Shown one piece after another: positions 1 to 9,880 of a DNA stretch of 38,060 nt. The notes beneath the pieces were generated by a model. It made no database searches and was not told where the DNA came from. It saw nothing but the letters and a program-made list of their open reading frames with translations. Position numbers and translations under genes: made by a program. Position 1 is the stretch's first letter; every line of letters starts with the position of its first letter. Source of the DNA: Acidimicrobiales bacterium (GTDB lineage Bacteria; Actinomycetota; Acidimicrobiia; Acidimicrobiales; Microtrichaceae); assembly GCA_038245795.1 (NCBI GenBank), contig JBBRSC010000001.1:1-38060 (forward strand). The letters run 5' to 3'.

Positions 1-425
1 CGAATCCCACCATCCATGCCGCCTTCGGGTACGCCACGCAGGTGGTGATCGGCAACGCTGAGACCGGTGGTGTCGAACGCGTGATCGCCATCCACGATGT
101 TGGGCGCGCCATCAACCCGGTGCTGTGCGAGGGCCAGATCGAGGGCTCGGTCCACATGGGGCTCGGCTATGCATTGACGGAAGACTTCCCGGCCAACGAA
201 CTCGCCCAGCCCACCAACATGACGCTTCGTTCGCTGGGAATTCTGCGCGCCAAGGACGTGCCGCAGATCGATGTGGAGCTGCTCGAGATCCCGCAGCCCA
301 ACTCGCCCTATGGCATCAAAGGGGTCGGCGAGATCGGCCTCGTTCCGACGGCCGGCGCGGTGGCCGCCATGCTCCACGACGTCGACGGAACCTGGCACGC
401 CGCCCTGCCCATGCGCCGTGCGTGA
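1..425 (+). CDS. Molybdenum hydroxylase (xanthine dehydrogenase/aldehyde oxidase family) large subunit, C-terminal fragment; 5' end lies outside the window
   Basis: Frame is open from the window edge to TGA 423-425. The tail SPYGIKGVGEIGLVPTAGAV carries the conserved G-x-G-E catalytic-Glu block of XDH/CoxL-type Mo subunits. Compare GMKGMGEGG in the complete paralogue at 13697-16063. Confidence 0.8.
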   Translation, partial: NPTIHAAFGYATQVVIGNAETGGVERVIAIHDVGRAINPVLCEGQIEGSVHMGLGYALTEDFPANELAQPTNMTLRSLGILRAKDVPQIDVELLEIPQPNSPYGIKGVGEIGLVPTAGAVAAMLHDVDGTWHAALPMRRA

Positions 426-432
426 TGGTGTC

Positions 433-1515
433 ATGAGCGAGCGCGTTCTGGCCCCGAATGAGACGCCGGGGCTCGTGTGCAGTCACCACCACCTGTACTC
501 AGCGTTAGCTCGGGGTATGCCCGCTCCGCCGCGAACCCCGACTGGGTTTCTCGACATTCTCGAGCAGGTGTGGTGGCGCCTCGATCAAGCCCTCGACCTC
601 GAGATGATCGCCGCGTCGGCGCGGCTGGGAGCGCTCGAAGCCCTCGAATCGGGGTGCACCGCGATCGTCGATCATCACGAGAGCCCGAACGCCATCGACG
701 ACAGCTTGGCCGTCATCAGCGAAGCGTGCGCCGAGGTCGGTGTGCGTGTCGACTGCGCGTACGGCGTCACCGATCGACATCGCGAGGCCGGAGAGTCATC
801 GACGGGAATGTCCATCGCTGCCGCCGCGGGACTCGCGGAGAACGAGCGCCATCTTCGAGCAGGCGGCCGTGGACACGTCGGCGTCCACGCCGCCTTCACG
901 TGCACCGACGAGACCCTGCACACCGCCGCGGGGTTGGCCGTGGATCTTGGCGTTGGCGTGCACATCCACGTTGCCGAAGGTCCCGACGATGCCGACGCCA
1001 ACGAGCGATTGGCCGGACTCAGTACCGACGACTGGCTGCTCATTCACGGCGTCCACCTGCCCGACAACCACGCGCTGGCGGGAACACTGGTGCACAATCC
1101 GCGGAGCAACATGAACAATGCCGTCGGCTATGCCCGACCCACTCGTTTCAGCGGTCCCGTAGCGTTGGGGACCGACGGCATCGGCGCCGCCATGCTCGAC
1201 GAGTTCCGCGTGGCCTTTGCCCGGCACCGCGAGGATGACGTGACCGCGACCCCCGAGATGGCCTGGTCGTGGCTCGCGGCTGGCTGGGAACTGTTCCCCG
1301 AGGCTCGCGCGGATCGTGTGCGCTGGTCGTACGAGCCGATGGATCCATGGCGACTGGCGTACTCAACCGGAGTTCGACCGACTGACGTATGGATCACCAA
1401 TGCCGACGGTGCGGGCGAGCAGGTCATCGCCGACGGACATGCGACACGGGTCGACGCTGACCAGATCCGCGCGCACGCGGCTGAAGCCGCCGACCGACTC
1501 TTCGCCCGACTCTGA
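433..1515 (+). CDS. ssnA: SsnA-like amidohydrolase (putative aminohydrolase), N-terminally short
   Basis: ATG 433 is in frame with track ORF 271-1515, whose first 54 codons overlap the upstream CDS. The blocks CSHHHLYSALARGM, VWWRLDQALD, VDHHESP, HNPRSNMNNAVGY and ALGTDGIG match my memory of E. coli SsnA metal-ligand blocks. Confidence 0.7.
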   Translation: MSERVLAPNETPGLVCSHHHLYSALARGMPAPPRTPTGFLDILEQVWWRLDQALDLEMIAASARLGALEALESGCTAIVDHHESPNAIDDSLAVISEACAEVGVRVDCAYGVTDRHREAGESSTGMSIAAAAGLAENERHLRAGGRGHVGVHAAFTCTDETLHTAAGLAVDLGVGVHIHVAEGPDDADANERLAGLSTDDWLLIHGVHLPDNHALAGTLVHNPRSNMNNAVGYARPTRFSGPVALGTDGIGAAMLDEFRVAFARHREDDVTATPEMAWSWLAAGWELFPEARADRVRWSYEPMDPWRLAYSTGVRPTDVWITNADGAGEQVIADGHATRVDADQIRAHAAEAADRLFARL

Positions 1516-1536
1516 CCCCCACCTCTGGAGCACACC

Positions 1537-2529
1537 ATGCGCAATGCGCTCTACCTACAGGACGCCCACACCATCCGCGAAGGAATCGACCTCGTTCGCT
1601 ACGCCGAGGACGCCGGCTTCGAAGCGGTCTGGCAAGCGGAGAGTCGGCTTGTCCGCGAGGCGACCGTGCCCATGGCGGCGTTTCTCGCCTCGACCGATCG
1701 GATCACCGTCGGATCGGGGGTCGTCGATTGTTGGAGTCGCAATCCAGCCCGCCTCGCCGCCACGTTCTCGACGCTCGACGATCTTGCCCCTGGCCGAGTG
1801 ATCCTCGGCCTCGGCGCCTGGTGGGATCCGCTGGCCAAGAAGGTCGGCATCGACCGGACCAAACCACTGCGGGTCATGCGCGAGATCGTCGCGACGGTCC
1901 GCGCGCTGCTGGCAAACGAGACCGTCACGTTCGACGGTCACTACGTGCACCTCGACGGCGTCGAGCTCGACTACGTCTACCAGGAGCGCCGCCCCAAAGA
2001 CGTCCCGATCTACATCGGGGCGACGGGCATGAAGATGATGGAGCTCACCGGCGAGATCGGCGACGGCGTGGTTCTGAACTATCTGGTCGCACCCAGCTAC
2101 AACGCGGAGGCCATGGCAGCGCTGAAGGTGGGCGCCGAGAAGGCCGGACGCAGCATCGACGAGATCGATCGCCCACAGCTCATCGTGTGTTCGATGGATT
2201 CGGATCGCCGACGCGCCCTTCACGCGGCACGCCTGATGATCACGCAGTACCTCGGCCAACAGCCGCACATCATGGCGGCATCCGGCGTGCCCCAGGAGTT
2301 GCTCGACGAGATCGGAACCGTGCTGACGTGGCCCGCCACCCACGACGAGGTCGCCGCCGCATCGAAGATGGTGCCCGACGAGATCGTCCGATCGTTGGCC
2401 GCCGCCGGCACGCCGGATGATTGCCTCGAACGAGTGGCCGAATACGAGGCCGACGGCTGCACGTGTCCGATCCTCTATCCATTGGGCGATGATGTCCGCC
2501 TCATGATCGATACGTTCGCCAACCGATGA
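1537..2529 (+). CDS. Luciferase-like monooxygenase (LLM) class flavin/F420-dependent oxidoreductase
   Basis: 330-aa ORF with a tggag SD-like element 7 nt upstream. It has the LLM-type TIM-barrel pattern ([14 protein letters not shown]..., [33 protein letters not shown]). Confidence 0.7.
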   Translation: MRNALYLQDAHTIREGIDLVRYAEDAGFEAVWQAESRLVREATVPMAAFLASTDRITVGSGVVDCWSRNPARLAATFSTLDDLAPGRVILGLGAWWDPLAKKVGIDRTKPLRVMREIVATVRALLANETVTFDGHYVHLDGVELDYVYQERRPKDVPIYIGATGMKMMELTGEIGDGVVLNYLVAPSYNAEAMAALKVGAEKAGRSIDEIDRPQLIVCSMDSDRRRALHAARLMITQYLGQQPHIMAASGVPQELLDEIGTVLTWPATHDEVAAASKMVPDEIVRSLAAAGTPDDCLERVAEYEADGCTCPILYPLGDDVRLMIDTFANR

Positions 2530-3758
2530 CCACCATCGAGATCCTCGACAATCCGTTGCGCGGGCGAAGCCCGACCCGCGCTGACGGCGCTCACTTCAAC
2601 CCGACGGCGTTTCATCGACGCCTGCCGGGATATCAGCCCACGCCGCTCGTCTCGTTGACCGATCTCGCCGCCGAACTCGGGATCCGCCAGCTGTTGGTGA
2701 AAGACGAATCGAGTCGGCTCGGCCTGCCCGCGTTCAAGTTCCTCGGGGCCTCGTGGGCCAGCTATCGGTCGCTGATCGAGCGCCTGGGCCACGAGCCGGC
2801 GTGGTCCACCCTTGACGAGCTCGCGGATGCTCTGGTGCCCCTCGGACCGATGTCGCTTGCCACGGCAACTGATGGCAATCACGGTCGAGCCGTCGCCAGC
2901 TTCGCCCGGCGAGTCGGCTTGGGCGCACGGATCTTCGTGCCAGACGGAACGGCGCAGGCGCGCATCGATGCCATTCGATCGGAAGGTGCGACGTGCGAGG
3001 TGGTGCCCGGGGGAACCTACGAAGACGCGGTCGCCCGCGCCGGTGCCGAAGCCGGACCCGATTGCTTGGTGGTGTCCGATACATCGTGGGAGGGGTACAC
3101 CACGGTCCCCGGCTGGGTCATCGACGGCTACATCACCATCTTCAGCGAGATCGACGAGCAGCTCGACGCCGCGGGCCTCAGCCAACCCACCGCGGTGATC
3201 ATCCAGTCCGGTGTCGGAGCATTGGCGGGCGCTGCCGCAGCTCGCTACCGCGGTGCGGTGGCGTCGACTCCTCAGTTGATCTGCGTCGAGCCGGACACGG
3301 CTGACTGCCTGATGGAATCAGCCCGCGCCGGACATCTCGTCGAGGTCCCCGGGCCGCATCCGTCGATCATGGCCGGGTTGAATTGCGGGATGGGCTCGCC
3401 GATTGCGTGGCCATCAGTGGCCGCTGGTTTCGATCGGTTCCTCGCCATCGGCGACAACAACGCGCTGGCAGGAATGCGGGCTCTGGCGCAACGAGGGGTC
3501 GTATCGGGCGAGACGGGTGCGGCCGGTCTCGGGGCGCTCCTCGGGCTGGCAGCCGACGGACGCCTCGCAGACATCGGGCTCGGACAGGACGACGTGGTGC
3601 TGGTGATGTCGACGGAGGGAGCCACCGATCCCTCCTTCTACGAACACGCAGTCGGACGCTCCGCCGATGCGGTTCGGGCACATCGAGCACCGTGCGCGTC
3701 GGGCGCGCAGGCCTCGACGTGCCCGGTCACCCGCTGCCCCGGACCGTGCACAACATGA
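2526..3758 (+). CDS. dpaL: Diaminopropionate ammonia-lyase-like fold-type-II PLP enzyme (YgeX/DpaL-like)
   Basis: ATGA overlap with the LLM stop. [20 protein letters not shown] is the PLP-lysine block, followed by [12 protein letters not shown] and a glycine-rich SGVGALAG loop. Length is about 410 aa. Confidence 0.7.
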   Translation: MTTIEILDNPLRGRSPTRADGAHFNPTAFHRRLPGYQPTPLVSLTDLAAELGIRQLLVKDESSRLGLPAFKFLGASWASYRSLIERLGHEPAWSTLDELADALVPLGPMSLATATDGNHGRAVASFARRVGLGARIFVPDGTAQARIDAIRSEGATCEVVPGGTYEDAVARAGAEAGPDCLVVSDTSWEGYTTVPGWVIDGYITIFSEIDEQLDAAGLSQPTAVIIQSGVGALAGAAAARYRGAVASTPQLICVEPDTADCLMESARAGHLVEVPGPHPSIMAGLNCGMGSPIAWPSVAAGFDRFLAIGDNNALAGMRALAQRGVVSGETGAAGLGALLGLAADGRLADIGLGQDDVVLVMSTEGATDPSFYEHAVGRSADAVRAHRAPCASGAQASTCPVTRCPGPCTT

Positions 3759-3763
3759 CGGCA

Positions 3764-3781
3764 CACGGCATGGATGCCGTG
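3764..3781. terminator. Short palindrome between convergent genes (possible bidirectional terminator)
   Basis: CACGGCATggATGCCGTG. This gives effectively a 6-bp stem with a 6-nt loop, 6 nt after the dpaL-like stop. There is no T-tract. Confidence 0.3.
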
Positions 3782-3865
3782 CATGGCGCCTGATGACCGT
3801 TCGATGCGGCACACAACGCCACGGATGACGCTGCCCGGGGAGTCGAGCGGCCAAGCGTCATGAAG

Positions 3866-4897
3866 TCAGCTGGCGACGAACTCGGCCATCATGCGCCGCC
3901 ACGCCAGGCTCAGCCGGTCGGCACGCGTATGGAGTTCGACCTGCGGATCAAGATGGATCACCATCTCGTCGTAGCGCTCGAGAATGGCCAGATCCTCGGC
4001 GAGGATCAGATCTTCCTCGGCGATACACGCCGTCATCCGGTCCGCATCAAGCACCCCGGACGAATCGCGAAAGTCGTTGCGCGAGATCAACTTGTGGACG
4101 CGAGTTCTTGTCGCTGTCTCGGGGGTACACGCAAAGAGAATCGCGAGTGTTGCTCCGGTGATCGGGAACTCGATGGTGAGCACGACAACCGTCCCGGCGT
4201 AACCGCGTTTGGTGAGCACCTGCGGTTGCACCGCCGGATGTTCCCCCGTCGCTACCAACGGATCGTCGGCATCCGCAACGCGATACCAACTGTCGAACGT
4301 CGACACCACGGTCCATCCTTCTCGCTCGACGCCGCGGTCCTCCACCTTCGCTGCCTCGTCAGAACCAAACGTCGCGCTGTGGACGAAAGGGAAGTGCGCC
4401 GCATCGCAGAAGTTGTCGACCAGTTGGCCCGCTGAGACCGCCGTGCGAACACTGGTCGTCAGAGCGGTATCGAAGGTCGGATCGTCGCTCCATTCGAAGG
4501 TCGGCAGCGGGGCCAACGGTTTCTCGACCGCCATCCACACGAGGCCGTACCGTTCCTCGACGGCGAAGGCGCTGGCGACGTTCGCTTTGGTGGTTCGACG
4601 ATCGGTCCCGGTCAGCGCCGGGATAGCAACGCACGTGCCCCTAGCGTCATAGCGCCATCCGTGATAGCCGCATTGGAGTTCCCCGGCCGCCGTGACACAG
4701 CCGGCGGAGAGCGGCGCCAAACGATGCGGACACCGATCGACGAAGGCCCGGACTGCGCCGTTCAGTCGAACCAGTACCCAAGGTTCATTGAAGAGTCGAA
4801 CCCCCATCGGAGCGTCGCCGACCTCGTCGGAAGTGGCCACGACGTGCCAGGCGCGCCGGAGCGCGGCAGACGTATTGGTCAGCGGTTCGGGGCTCAT
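3866..4897 (-). CDS. Rieske [2Fe-2S] non-haem-iron oxygenase, alpha-subunit-like
   Basis: Rieske ligands CPHRLAPLS...CGYHGWRY and the mononuclear iron block DNFCDAAHFPFVH. Start is taken at Met 4897 (MSPEPLTNTSAALRRAWHVV). An alternative in-frame ATG at 5011 is preceded by GGAGG-N5. Confidence 0.8.
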   Translation of the reverse strand: MSPEPLTNTSAALRRAWHVVATSDEVGDAPMGVRLFNEPWVLVRLNGAVRAFVDRCPHRLAPLSAGCVTAAGELQCGYHGWRYDARGTCVAIPALTGTDRRTTKANVASAFAVEERYGLVWMAVEKPLAPLPTFEWSDDPTFDTALTTSVRTAVSAGQLVDNFCDAAHFPFVHSATFGSDEAAKVEDRGVEREGWTVVSTFDSWYRVADADDPLVATGEHPAVQPQVLTKRGYAGTVVVLTIEFPITGATLAILFACTPETATRTRVHKLISRNDFRDSSGVLDADRMTACIAEEDLILAEDLAILERYDEMVIHLDPQVELHTRADRLSLAWRRMMAEFVAS

Positions 4898-5009
4898 CGA
4901 GATGAGTGTTGTCGACAAAGAATGAAGGAGGGCCTCGGCGGTGTTACCTCCATGTGAAATTGCGTTGCGAGCTGGGCCAGCCCTGCTCAGATCGTCGTAC
5001 AGTGCGCTC

Positions 5010-5882
5010 ATGGCAACCTCCGACGAGACCGAACCCTGGGTCTTCGGGCCAACACAGCTCGACGAGCTCGAGGCGTGTTTTGTCGAGCGCGGCTTCGCCA
5101 TTCTGCGGGGCGCCGTGGACGACTCGACCCTCGAGTCGATGACCGACGAATGCATTGACGCGCAGCGCGCAGTGGCGACGGGCCGAGTCGACGAGCGCCA
5201 CGGCACCACCATCTTGATCGACGATGGGCCGGCGAACTCCGCGGCCAGCGACGCTGAACCGTTGGTCAATTACGTCACCCACCTGACCGAGCTGGCGCCC
5301 AACGTGCGGGCGTGCGTCACCGGGCCCGTCGTCGCAGAACTGATCGACCGCTGGCTCGGCGCTGAGGCGTGGCTCCTCGAACATCATCGATTCGGCGTCG
5401 TCTACCAGGACGCTCGCCCCGGTCGTGAGTCCGGGTACACCCGCATTGGATGGCATGCGGACTGGCAATCGGCCCCGCATCGCGACATGTGGCCCTCCGT
5501 TGCCTTCACCATTCACATCGACGCCACCAGCCCAGCCAACGGATTTCTCCGGGTGGTTCCCCGCAGTCACATGTGGGCGACCCCGGCTCCATACGCCAAC
5601 GTCAACGGCGCTGTCGTCCCCGATGGATCAGCCGCCTGGCGTGGTCACACCGATGAACCCCCGCCCTTCGAGATGCCACTGGGGTTCGAGAAGGTCCCCG
5701 GCGAGATCGGCGTGTATTGCGATGCAGGCGACATCCTGTTCCATGACGCCTACCTCTGGCACTCGGCGGCCCGAGCGACTGACGACGACACCGTTCGGCG
5801 TCACGTACGCGGCGGGTTCTACGTCGGCGAGGAGCCCACCGCATCGGTCGAGGACGACTTCGTGAAGAATGCGGCCCGCTGA
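5010..5882 (+). CDS. Phytanoyl-CoA dioxygenase (PhyH) family Fe(II)/2OG oxygenase
   Basis: IGWHADWQ (H-x-D) plus the distal His in ILFHDAYLWHSAA. ATG 5010 lies 6 nt after TACAGT (TAnnnT). An alternative GTG at 4941 has AAGGAGG 9 nt upstream, but the 4941-5009 stretch has low third-position GC. Confidence 0.7.
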   Translation: MATSDETEPWVFGPTQLDELEACFVERGFAILRGAVDDSTLESMTDECIDAQRAVATGRVDERHGTTILIDDGPANSAASDAEPLVNYVTHLTELAPNVRACVTGPVVAELIDRWLGAEAWLLEHHRFGVVYQDARPGRESGYTRIGWHADWQSAPHRDMWPSVAFTIHIDATSPANGFLRVVPRSHMWATPAPYANVNGAVVPDGSAAWRGHTDEPPPFEMPLGFEKVPGEIGVYCDAGDILFHDAYLWHSAARATDDDTVRRHVRGGFYVGEEPTASVEDDFVKNAAR

Positions 5883-5915
5883 ACCTTCGCAGACCGTTCG
5901 CGATCGGTTCGGGGA

Positions 5916-5932
5916 TTCAACGAACTGTTGAA
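5916..5932. promoter_or_regulatory. Palindromic site TTCAAC-N5-GTTGAA (motif copy A)
   Basis: TTCAACGAACTGTTGAA. The minus strand reads TTCAACAGTTCGTTGAA and contains ACAGT-N2-GTTGAA. It lies 124 nt upstream of the SBP start, in the 173-nt intergenic region. Confidence 0.45.
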
Positions 5933-6055
5933 GGAGTAACACGCCGTTCACGATTCAGGACGACGTCGTTAACACAATGGACCTAAGTTCGGCACAGCCC
6001 TCACGGACGGCGACTCGCCATCCGCAGCAACCGAACCAGGGCAGAGGAGAAACCC

Positions 6056-7135
6056 GTGGCATCACAACTCGACCGGAGACGTTTCCTGCGAAACAGCGCA
6101 TTCGGCGGCGCCGTCGTGCTCGGCGGGCCGGCCCTGCTGGCAGCATGCGGTGACGACACCAAGACGACCACTGCTGCTGGCGGCGGCGGCGCCAAAGTCA
6201 GCCCGCTCGACTACCAACTCTCGTGGCTGAAAAACGCCGAGTTCGCCGGCAACTGGATTGCCTCTGAGAAGGGCTTCTACAAAGACGCTGGCTTCGATCC
6301 GGTCAACTTCATCGCCGGTGGCCCCGGGGTGCAGCAGGAACAGTCGGTGGTCTCCGGGAAGGCACTTGTCGGCATCTCCGGCCCCGACATCACCGGGCCC
6401 GCCATCCTCAAAGGTGCCCCACTGATCGCGCTCGGTGCGCTGTTCCAGAAGAACCCGTTCTGTTTCATGAGCCTTGCGAGCAAGCCCATCAAGACCGCCA
6501 AAGAACTCGAAGGCGTTCGCGTCGGCATCCAGGACGTCAACACCCCCGTGTGGAAAGCGTTCGTGGCAGCCAACAAGCTCGACGAGTCCAAGATCACCGT
6601 TGTGCCGGTGCAGTTCGACCCGCAGGGTCTCGTCAACGGCGAGGTCGATGCATGGTTCAGCTTCGTCACCAACGAGCCGAACGCTCTGCGAGCCGAAGGC
6701 ATCGAGGTCGAGGTGTTCCTGTTGGCCGATCAGGGATACCCCTTGGTCAGCCAGATCCTCTTCACCAAGCTCGATACCGTGAAGAACGATCGCGAGAAGT
6801 TGAAGGCATTGCTCAAGGCCGACATCATGGGCTGGCGCGAGTCGCTGAAGGATCCGGCACTCGGAGCAGGCTTCGCAGTCGACAAGTTCGGAAAGGACTT
6901 GGGACTCAAGCTCGAGGCCGCCACCGCGGAATCGAAGTCACAGAACGAACTGATCCTCACTGCCGACACCAAGGCCAACGGGATCTTCACCGTGAGCAAC
7001 GAGTTGCTCGCCGAGACGATCACGTCGCTCGGCTTCGGCGGAGTCAAGATCACCGAGAAGCAGCTTTTCGACTTCTCAGTACTCGAAGAGGTCTACGCGG
7101 CCAACCCTGAGCTCAAGAAGGATCCCACTGCATAG
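6056..7135 (+). CDS. ABC transporter substrate-binding lipoprotein, NMT1/THI5-like (NitT/TauT family)
   Basis: GTG start preceded by GGAGGAGAAACCC. Twin-arginine-like DRRRFLRNSAF plus the lipobox LLAAC. The body is typical of NMT1/THI5-type binding proteins (LDYQLSWLKNAEFAG...). Confidence 0.8.
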   Translation: MASQLDRRRFLRNSAFGGAVVLGGPALLAACGDDTKTTTAAGGGGAKVSPLDYQLSWLKNAEFAGNWIASEKGFYKDAGFDPVNFIAGGPGVQQEQSVVSGKALVGISGPDITGPAILKGAPLIALGALFQKNPFCFMSLASKPIKTAKELEGVRVGIQDVNTPVWKAFVAANKLDESKITVVPVQFDPQGLVNGEVDAWFSFVTNEPNALRAEGIEVEVFLLADQGYPLVSQILFTKLDTVKNDREKLKALLKADIMGWRESLKDPALGAGFAVDKFGKDLGLKLEAATAESKSQNELILTADTKANGIFTVSNELLAETITSLGFGGVKITEKQLFDFSVLEEVYAANPELKKDPTA

Positions 7136-7178
7136 TGCGATTGGCCGTTCGATGATTCGGAACCACACGCGATCGCGG

Positions 7179-7202
7179 CCCGCTCTCCTCAGGGGGAGCG
7201 GG
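7179..7202 (+). terminator. Stem-loop after the SBP gene (attenuator/terminator candidate)
   Basis: CCCGCTCTCC-tcag-GGGGAGCGGG. This is a 10-bp stem with one G.U pair, 44 nt after the SBP stop. There is no T-tract. Confidence 0.45.
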
Positions 7203-7289
7203 TCGTGTCGCGTCGGGGTAGGGCGGCCGTCCACTTTGTAACGCGGCGTTCACGGACGGCTGATGACAACGTAACGGCACGCTTCTAGC

Positions 7290-7306
7290 GTTGACAGTAT
7301 GTTGAA
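7290..7306 (+). promoter_or_regulatory. Motif copy B, overlapping a consensus -35 hexamer
   Basis: GTTGACAGTATGTTGAA. It contains TTGACA (7291-7296) and ACAGT-N2-GTTGAA (7294-7306), 37 nt upstream of ATG 7343. Confidence 0.45.
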
Positions 7307-7342
7307 CACGTGGGTGATGATCCCTTGGGGAGCGGCACAGAC

Positions 7343-8176
7343 ATGACAGCCACCGATGAGGTCATCGACCTCGCTCAACACGCGCCAGCGACCCGCTCGG
7401 GCATTCGACTCCGCGAGCTCACCAAGTCGTTCACGGTCAAGCGATCGGTCATTCGAGCGCTCGACAACGTGAGCTTCGACGCACCGGAGGGCGCCTTCGT
7501 CGCATTGCTGGGTCCCTCAGGTTGCGGCAAGTCGACCATCCTCCGCATCCTCGCTGATTTGGAACAACCGACATCGGGTACGGCCCAGGTCCATGGCGAG
7601 GCGCCCGGAGAGATCCGCAAACGTCATCACCTCGGCATCGCCTTCCAAGACGCAGCCCTGTTGCCGTGGCGATCCGTGGTCTCGAACATCAAATTGCCGT
7701 TGCAGGTGTCGGGCGTCAAGGTCGGCGATGAGGCCATCGCCGACCTGATCCGCCTTGTCGGATTGGAGGGGTTCGAACAAGCGAGACCCGGTCAGCTCTC
7801 GGGCGGTATGCGCCAGCGGGTTGCGATTGCGCGTGCCCTGGTGGTCGACCCCAAGGTGCTGCTCCTCGATGAGCCCTTCGGTGCACTCGACGAAATGACC
7901 CGCCAACGCCTCAACCTCGAACTGCAACGTATCTGGACCGAGCGTTCAGCCACCACGCTGCTCGTCACGCACTCCATTTCCGAGGCCGTTTTCTTGGCCG
8001 ACGTGGTTGCCGTCATGTCAGCTCGACCGGGGCGAATTGTCTCGACCGTGAAGATCGAGCTGCCCCGGCCACGCACCCCGGACATGATGCGTAGCCCCGA
8101 GTTCCACGCCTACTGCGACCAGTTCAGCGACCTCTTGTTCTCGGGCGGAGTTGCGCCGAGCGGAGATGACACATGA
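7343..8176 (+). CDS. ABC transporter ATP-binding protein (NitT/TauT family)
   Basis: Walker [10 protein letters not shown], signature [15 protein letters not shown] and Walker [15 protein letters not shown] 7343 is preceded by GGGGAG at 10-nt spacing. The track ORF begins at GTG 7310. Confidence 0.85.
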   Translation: MTATDEVIDLAQHAPATRSGIRLRELTKSFTVKRSVIRALDNVSFDAPEGAFVALLGPSGCGKSTILRILADLEQPTSGTAQVHGEAPGEIRKRHHLGIAFQDAALLPWRSVVSNIKLPLQVSGVKVGDEAIADLIRLVGLEGFEQARPGQLSGGMRQRVAIARALVVDPKVLLLDEPFGALDEMTRQRLNLELQRIWTERSATTLLVTHSISEAVFLADVVAVMSARPGRIVSTVKIELPRPRTPDMMRSPEFHAYCDQFSDLLFSGGVAPSGDDT

Positions 8177-9000
8177 CGGCCATTGCCGCTCCCCGAGAGC
8201 TGCTGGCGAAGACGCCGATGGGCGAACGCGTCGGCGGCGCGGCGCGGCGTGCGATCCCTGGCTTCATGGGGTTCGCGGCACTCCTGATCGTGTGGGAAAT
8301 CGGCGGACGCATCGTCAGCTCCGGTCGCCGCATCCCGTTGGTCCCTCCGTTCAGCTCGGTGATGAGAGCGATCATCGACGATGGCTGGACCTATTACCGC
8401 CCCAACATCGGCACGACCCTCGGCTACGCGGCCGACGGGTGGTTGTGGGGCAACCTTCTGGCGATCGTGGCCGCTGGCGTGGTGCTGTTGATTCCGCGCC
8501 TGGAGCTGGTGATCATCCAGATCGGCGTGACGACGTACTGCCTGCCACTGGTGGCGGCCGCGCCATTGATCTTCCTCGTGTACACCGGCTCTACGCCGTA
8601 CCGGATCATCACCGTGCTGTTCGTGTTCTTCACCACGCTCGTCTTGACGCTCGCGGGACTGCGCGGAGCTGATCCCACGAGTCTGGACGTCGTCTGCGCG
8701 TATGGCGGTGGTCGCATTGAGGGGCTCCGGCGAGTCCGTCTCATCTCGGCGCTGCCGTCGATTTTTGCGGGCCTCAAGATTGCGGGCCCAGCGGCAGTCC
8801 TGGGGGCGGTGTTGGCCGAATTCTTCCAGCCCGCTGACAGCGGCCTCGGCGTTGGAATCATCCGAAGTCAACAACAACTCCAGGTCGAGCGCACGTGGGG
8901 GATCGCCATCGTGTCGACCCTGATCGGCGCCGCGGCGTACTTGCTCGTCGGTCTGGTTGCCCGGTTCGCCACACCATGGGCGCCGAAAGTGGAGATCTGA
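8173..9000 (+). CDS. ABC transporter permease 1
   Basis: ATGA overlap with the ATPase stop. Polytopic hydrophobic protein with a BPD-type loop region ([29 protein letters not shown]). Confidence 0.8.
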   Translation: MTAIAAPRELLAKTPMGERVGGAARRAIPGFMGFAALLIVWEIGGRIVSSGRRIPLVPPFSSVMRAIIDDGWTYYRPNIGTTLGYAADGWLWGNLLAIVAAGVVLLIPRLELVIIQIGVTTYCLPLVAAAPLIFLVYTGSTPYRIITVLFVFFTTLVLTLAGLRGADPTSLDVVCAYGGGRIEGLRRVRLISALPSIFAGLKIAGPAAVLGAVLAEFFQPADSGLGVGIIRSQQQLQVERTWGIAIVSTLIGAAAYLLVGLVARFATPWAPKVEI

Positions 9001-9001
9001 G

Positions 9002-9880
9002 ATGGCAGTCGTTCAGCTTCCCGCCGCGGTATCGGTCCTGCCCGATGCCCGCTCGAGTACCGGTGCGCTCAGCGCCGTGATACGACGGGTCGGCGTCACC
9101 CTCGGACGGGCCGTGATCGCTCTGACACTCGTGTTGGCCCTCTGGCAGGTCTTGGTGTGGAGCTGGGGTGAAGAGTTGGTCTTCTCGACTCGCGGCCCGT
9201 TGGACGTGTGGCGGTTCTGGATCGACAGTGCCAACGCGACAATCCGCGCCGACATCATCTCGAACCTCTGGATCACGCTGGGCCATGCTGGGCTGGGACT
9301 GCTGGCGGGCACGGTAGGAGCACTCCTCATCTCGTTCCTGTTCAGCTTGTTCAAGCCACTCGAGCAGAGCCTCATGCCGGTCGCCATGGTGATGCGATCG
9401 GTACCGCTCGTCGCCATGGCACCGCTCATCAGCTTGGTGTTCGGCCGGGACATTCTCACTGTCGCCATCGTCGGAGCGATCGTCACGTTCTTCCCCACAC
9501 TCGTCAACGTCAACATGGGGTTACGGATGGCACCCCAGCAGTCGGTCGACCTCATCAAGGCGTACGGCGGAGGACGGCTCTATACGTTGTTCCGCATCCA
9601 GTTTCCGTTCGCGCTGCCGGCGCTCTTCGCGGCCCTCCGTGCCACAGCACCCCTCGCCATCACTGGTGCAATGTTGGCGGAATTCTTCCTGGTCGGCAAT
9701 GGTCTCGGGCACTCGATCAACGTGGCCCGTAACGAGTTCGACTACACCTCGATGTGGGCACAGGCAGCGATCGCCACGCTCGCTGCGGTGCTCATCTACG
9801 CCATCTCGGTGGGTATCGAAGGGTCGGTCCTCGCACGATTCGCTCCCGACCGGGTGGCCGCGGCAAAGGCAAAGGCGTGA
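9002..9880 (+). CDS. ABC transporter permease 2
   Basis: ATG 9002 lies 1 nt after the permease-1 stop. Paralogous loop AYGGGRLYTLFRIQFPFALPALFAALRA. The track ORF start at 8957 would overlap permease 1. Confidence 0.8.
   Translation: MAVVQLPAAVSVLPDARSSTGALSAVIRRVGVTLGRAVIALTLVLALWQVLVWSWGEELVFSTRGPLDVWRFWIDSANATIRADIISNLWITLGHAGLGLLAGTVGALLISFLFSLFKPLEQSLMPVAMVMRSVPLVAMAPLISLVFGRDILTVAIVGAIVTFFPTLVNVNMGLRMAPQQSVDLIKAYGGGRLYTLFRIQFPFALPALFAALRATAPLAITGAMLAEFFLVGNGLGHSINVARNEFDYTSMWAQAAIATLAAVLIYAISVGIEGSVLARFAPDRVAAAKAKA

Noticed and set aside
271-432. N-terminal extension of track ORF 271-1515
   Set aside because: It overlaps the C-terminus of the upstream Mo-subunit CDS in another frame. 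Its composition is Arg/Pro/Ser-rich and of low complexity. ATG 433 sits just after the upstream stop.
5883-6055. Possible riboswitch (purine or TPP) in the 173-nt leader of the SBP gene
   Set aside because: I could not find the conserved cores of the purine or TPP aptamers (for example the CUGAGA and ACCUGAUCUGGAUAAUGCCAGCG-like blocks). A covariance-model scan would be needed to exclude other classes.
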